Of a DNA stretch of 64,000 bases, positions 61,027-64,000 are shown piece after piece. This DNA is from a virus (taxonomy: Duplodnaviria > Caudoviricetes). Position 1 is the stretch's first letter. Every line of letters begins with the position of its first letter. The DNA lies in the IMG/VR virus record IMGVR_UViG_3300037067_015211, positions 1-64,000 of that record; one strand, given 5' to 3'. Made by a program: the position numbers and the translations under genes. A model generated the notes under the pieces. That model was not told the DNA's origin. It worked only from the letters and a program-made list of their open reading frames with translations, and ran no database searches.

Positions 61027-61734
61027 TTATTTTTTATGATTTAAATTTTGACAAAACTTCTTCTCCCATCCTTTTTCTTCAAAAAAACAAAATAATTTTT
61101 CTGGTATTCTTTTATGTTTTTTCAATTCTTTATTGTATATCCAAATAGTATTTTTTGTTGCCCTTGAAATATTCTGTCTTGATTTTTCAGATAAATTTTT
61201 TAAACCATAAATCATTTTTTTTCTTTTTTCTTCAGAAATTGTTATTTTCCTTCTTCTTTGTCCAACACTCATATTTTTTCTTGCTTCTAATGAAGTAATT
61301 TTATTTTGGTTTCCTTTACTTATGTTTCTTTTATGCTCTTCCGACAGTTTTCTTCCAGTATAAGTTGGTCCACCATCTCCGCCAATCGTCATATTTGTAA
61401 GTGGTCCTCGTTTTATTTCTGGTATTTTATATAGTGTCCCAATTTCACTTATTAACTTTTTTTCTAATTCTTTTGCTCTATTTTCGCCTATTCCTGTTTT
61501 TATTTTATAAACAATTGGCTTTAGCCCCCTGTTTAATATTGCTTTTATTTTGTTTTTCTTTATTCTATTTTTATCGCCCTTATACAGCTTCAAATGAAAA
61601 AATTTTCTGGCTTCTTTTTTTGAAACACCAATATAAATTGGCAAATTTTTGAATTCATGATTTATTGTATTTATTTTTAAATTTACTTTATGCCTTGGAT
61701 CACAATAAACATATATATAATAATCTCTTTTCAT
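61027..61734 (-). CDS. GIY-YIG homing endonuclease with NUMOD3-like repeats
   Basis: YYIYVYCDPR..PIYIG, GPLTNMTIGGDG, GRKLSEEHKRNIS. Confidence 0.8.
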   Translation of the reverse strand: MKRDYYIYVYCDPRHKVNLKINTINHEFKNLPIYIGVSKKEARKFFHLKLYKGDKNRIKKNKIKAILNRGLKPIVYKIKTGIGENRAKELEKKLISEIGTLYKIPEIKRGPLTNMTIGGDGGPTYTGRKLSEEHKRNISKGNQNKITSLEARKNMSVGQRRRKITISEEKRKKMIYGLKNLSEKSRQNISRATKNTIWIYNKELKKHKRIPEKLFCFFEEKGWEKKFCQNLNHKK

Positions 61735-61748
61735 TAAAAGCAAAATCC

Positions 61749-62230
61749 TTAAATATCGTCATTATTAATATTGCACATTTTACACTGATCCCATAAAAAA
61801 CTAAAGCCAAAATTCCCAAATTTTTCATTTTTTATAACCAATTGATATCCCCCTTCGGCTATAATTTCTTTATCACCCATCCCCAAATAATCACACCATC
61901 CGTTTTCTTGCCCATCTCTTTCCTTTATACACCGCCAATATGGGCACATTATTATCTTATCATTTTCATCATAGGAATAACAATAAATTCCCTTTGGAAT
62001 TACACTTTCATCAAGCATCACACTTCCTCATCTAAATCTTCATTTATACCGCACATTTTACATTGCTCGAAAAGCAGGCTAAGACCTTCTTCCTTTTCAT
62101 CATCGGTGTCCAAATATTTGCAGCAGCCTATTAGGTCTCCATATTCATCTTTTCTGCTACTCCAATAGGGGCAAATATTTTGTTCATCGTGACAATAAAT
62201 ACCCTTTGGAATTACACTTTCATCAAGCAT
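61749..62230 (-). repeat. Tandem paralogous Cys-rich genes (61749-62021 and 62018-62230)
   Basis: Both start MLDESVIPKGIYC and share CPYW, C.YL and QCKMC.IN. Confidence 0.8.
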
Positions 62231-62707
62231 CGTACTTCCTCACAAAGATTATGTAGTTTGTTCCTAAGCCCTTCCAAAGCCTCATCGTGCATGACCGCCA
62301 GTCTGGCCTGTTTAAGAGCGGTCTTGGTATTGCCAAACAATTTGTTGTATCCAGCTTGTTCCACCAGTTGACAAATCCTTTTTTCTCTCGTTTTGATTTG
62401 CATGTCCAGATATCGAATGTCCAGCAGAATGTTTTTCATGATAATTCCCTCCTTCTACTGGATATTATCGGTACAATTATCGGACGGCTTTAAATAATAT
62501 CACAAAATCTTTTGCTCCTAATTCTAGGGGATTCTGCCGTGTGGAAAAAGTCTCCTGCATGACCGTCATTAAAATAAATTGTCTTAACCTTCTTGACCAC
62601 CTTCCCGCAGTTCTTGCACACTTCCACACCCATATAGCCTTTAGGCAAATTGATTGGAGATTCCGATTTGTGGACAAACTGATAAACCCCGTCACAGCAT
62701 TTCTTCA

Positions 62708-63301
62708 TTATTTTCCTTTCAAAATTTCGTCCATGTCATCATGCAAATAATTATAAACCATATCCCAATTTTTCACCCTGACAAGATTGTTGCCGTTTAC
62801 GCTCTGATTAAACGGCATGTCCCATACAAAACATTTGATGCCGTTGTTGGCGTAGTCCTTACACGTCTCGGGATGATCCTCTACGGCATATACGCATCCA
62901 AGGGCTTTGGCCACCTTGGCTTTCTCGGAACTATGTACGAACAAAATGTCCCCAAAAGCCAAATCCCAGTTACTAAGCCATGCAATAGTCTGGGCAGACG
63001 TATATCTGGGGCGACCTGTAATATAAGTAACTTCGGATGTGTAGCTTATTTTTTGTAGAAATTGTTGCACATCTTTTTCTGGATAAGGCCAGTACCAACC
63101 ATTTTCTTCGGTAAAGACTTCAAAGGCTTTTTTTAGCTGGGCGGCAGTGATTTGAATATTGGGGCTGGATATGTAATCGTAATGAGTAATGTCTTCCGGT
63201 TTGTTCTGCAAATTAAATTGCTCGTTGCAAAACGGAATAAAGGTATCGTTAAATCTAGCTACGGGACCATCGATGTCTATGGCTATTCGCATTGTTTTCA
63301 C
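62708..63301 (-). CDS. HAD-superfamily 5'(3')-deoxyribonucleotidase-like protein
   Basis: IAIDIDG, YITGR, K, AVEDH, PFNQ, RVKNW. Confidence 0.8.
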   Translation of the reverse strand: MKTMRIAIDIDGPVARFNDTFIPFCNEQFNLQNKPEDITHYDYISSPNIQITAAQLKKAFEVFTEENGWYWPYPEKDVQQFLQKISYTSEVTYITGRPRYTSAQTIAWLSNWDLAFGDILFVHSSEKAKVAKALGCVYAVEDHPETCKDYANNGIKCFVWDMPFNQSVNGNNLVRVKNWDMVYNYLHDDMDEILKGK

Positions 63302-63591
63302 CCCATTCTTACCGAAAATACAGCATCTTCATTTTTTTTGATTAGCTCTTTCCACTTATCCAAAGCTTCTTCTTTTTTGTTGTCATACTCGTAATCTTCG
63401 TCGCGCCCAATTACCTCTCCATAATATTTTAAAATTTTTCCCAAAAACTTTTCCTCACCCGTCAACTCATTAATAATTTCTTGTTCTCGTTCAGTCATCT
63501 GGGAAAGAGCGGTTTCGTGGTTTTCTTTCGTGGTGGCGATAATGAAAGATGAAGAACTTGAATTGCTTACGAACCCCATTCTGATTTTCAT
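63298..63591 (-). CDS. MKIRxGFVSNSS-motif protein
   Basis: N-terminus MKIRMGFVSNSSSSSFII. Confidence 0.65.
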   Translation of the reverse strand: MKIRMGFVSNSSSSSFIIATTKENHETALSQMTEREQEIINELTGEEKFLGKILKYYGEVIGRDEDYEYDNKKEEALDKWKELIKKNEDAVFSVRMG

Positions 63592-63872
63592 TGAAACTCC
63601 TTCCTCAAAACTTCTAAAACTTTTTTACCGTGAATTGAAATATATTTTGCCAATTCTTCTGCGCAATCATAGCAAAGTTGCATGGTTTCTTTATTGTATT
63701 CGCCATCTATCAAATACCAATAGGATAACTTTCCGTCTGCCTGACCACAACCACCCCATACAAACGTTTCATCATTAGGGGTTTTAGACTCTTTGCCACA
63801 TAGATCACAAACATATTTGGTGCAAACTTCTTTGCTCACGACCACTTCTTTTATAGTTTCATATTTTTTCAC
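63588..63872 (-). CDS. Zn-finger hypothetical protein
   Basis: CDLCG...LCYDC. Confidence 0.55.
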   Translation of the reverse strand: MKKYETIKEVVVSKEVCTKYVCDLCGKESKTPNDETFVWGGCGQADGKLSYWYLIDGEYNKETMQLCYDCAEELAKYISIHGKKVLEVLRKEFQ

Positions 63873-64000
63873 GCCTAATCTCCCACATCAAACATCGGAC
63901 ATCTGCGTCCATTACTCAATAATTTCTGACGCCATTGTACGAGTCTATCCGAAAGCCAAATATCTGTCAAGAAATTCTCGCATTTTAAAACATCCATTCC

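Noticed and set aside
61010-61748. Group I intron around the GIY-YIG gene
   Set aside because: Flanking gaps are only about 15 bp, too short for a ribozyme core; it appears free-standing.
1-64000. CRISPR array or Cas12f-type system associated with the TnpB genes
   Set aside because: No regularly spaced repeat-spacer array was seen; the repeats found are dispersed or two-copy.
1-64000. Stop-codon reassignment
   Set aside because: Conserved enzymes are full length in the standard code and use TAA, TGA and TAG as stops.

Overview
This window looks like a 64-kb accessory or early-gene segment of a large bacteriophage genome. That is an inference from dense short hypothetical ORFs, many sigma70-type promoters with strong RBSs, and phage-type auxiliary genes. 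No virion structural genes, terminase or host housekeeping operons were recognised. Recognisable genes: an ArdC-like antirestriction protein, a papain C1A peptidase, a NucS-like nuclease, speD, a PcfJ-domain protein, three unrelated RNA ligases (DRB0094-type, RtcB, T4 Rnl1-type), a BCS1-like AAA+ ATPase, HNH and GIY-YIG nucleases, a DenV-like glycosylase, a radical SAM enzyme, thyX, a Lar-like protein, a deaminase, a 3D-domain protein and a HAD nucleotidase. Mobile DNA: two tnpB-only IS607-like elements (one frameshifted), one IS200/IS605 tnpB, an intact IS1595 transposon (23-bp TIRs) carrying a type IIG restriction-modification enzyme, and a relic of a sister IS1595 whose EcoRI-family methylase survives while its nuclease is truncated. 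Best candidates for new biology: (1) a compact pncB-nadE-nadD-pncA operon, a complete deamidating NAD+ salvage route unlike the described two-gene phage NARP1/NARP2 anti-defence pathways; (2) a tRNA-Ile(UAU)/Rnl1-type ligase/nucleotidyltransferase module; (3) a shared N-terminal M-x-I-Y-x-S-W/Y-K/R..A peptide on unrelated proteins, a candidate capsid-targeting signal; (4) a composition switch with repeats and palindromes at about 32.7-36 kb, a candidate replication origin. All family calls come from visual motif recognition, not database searches.
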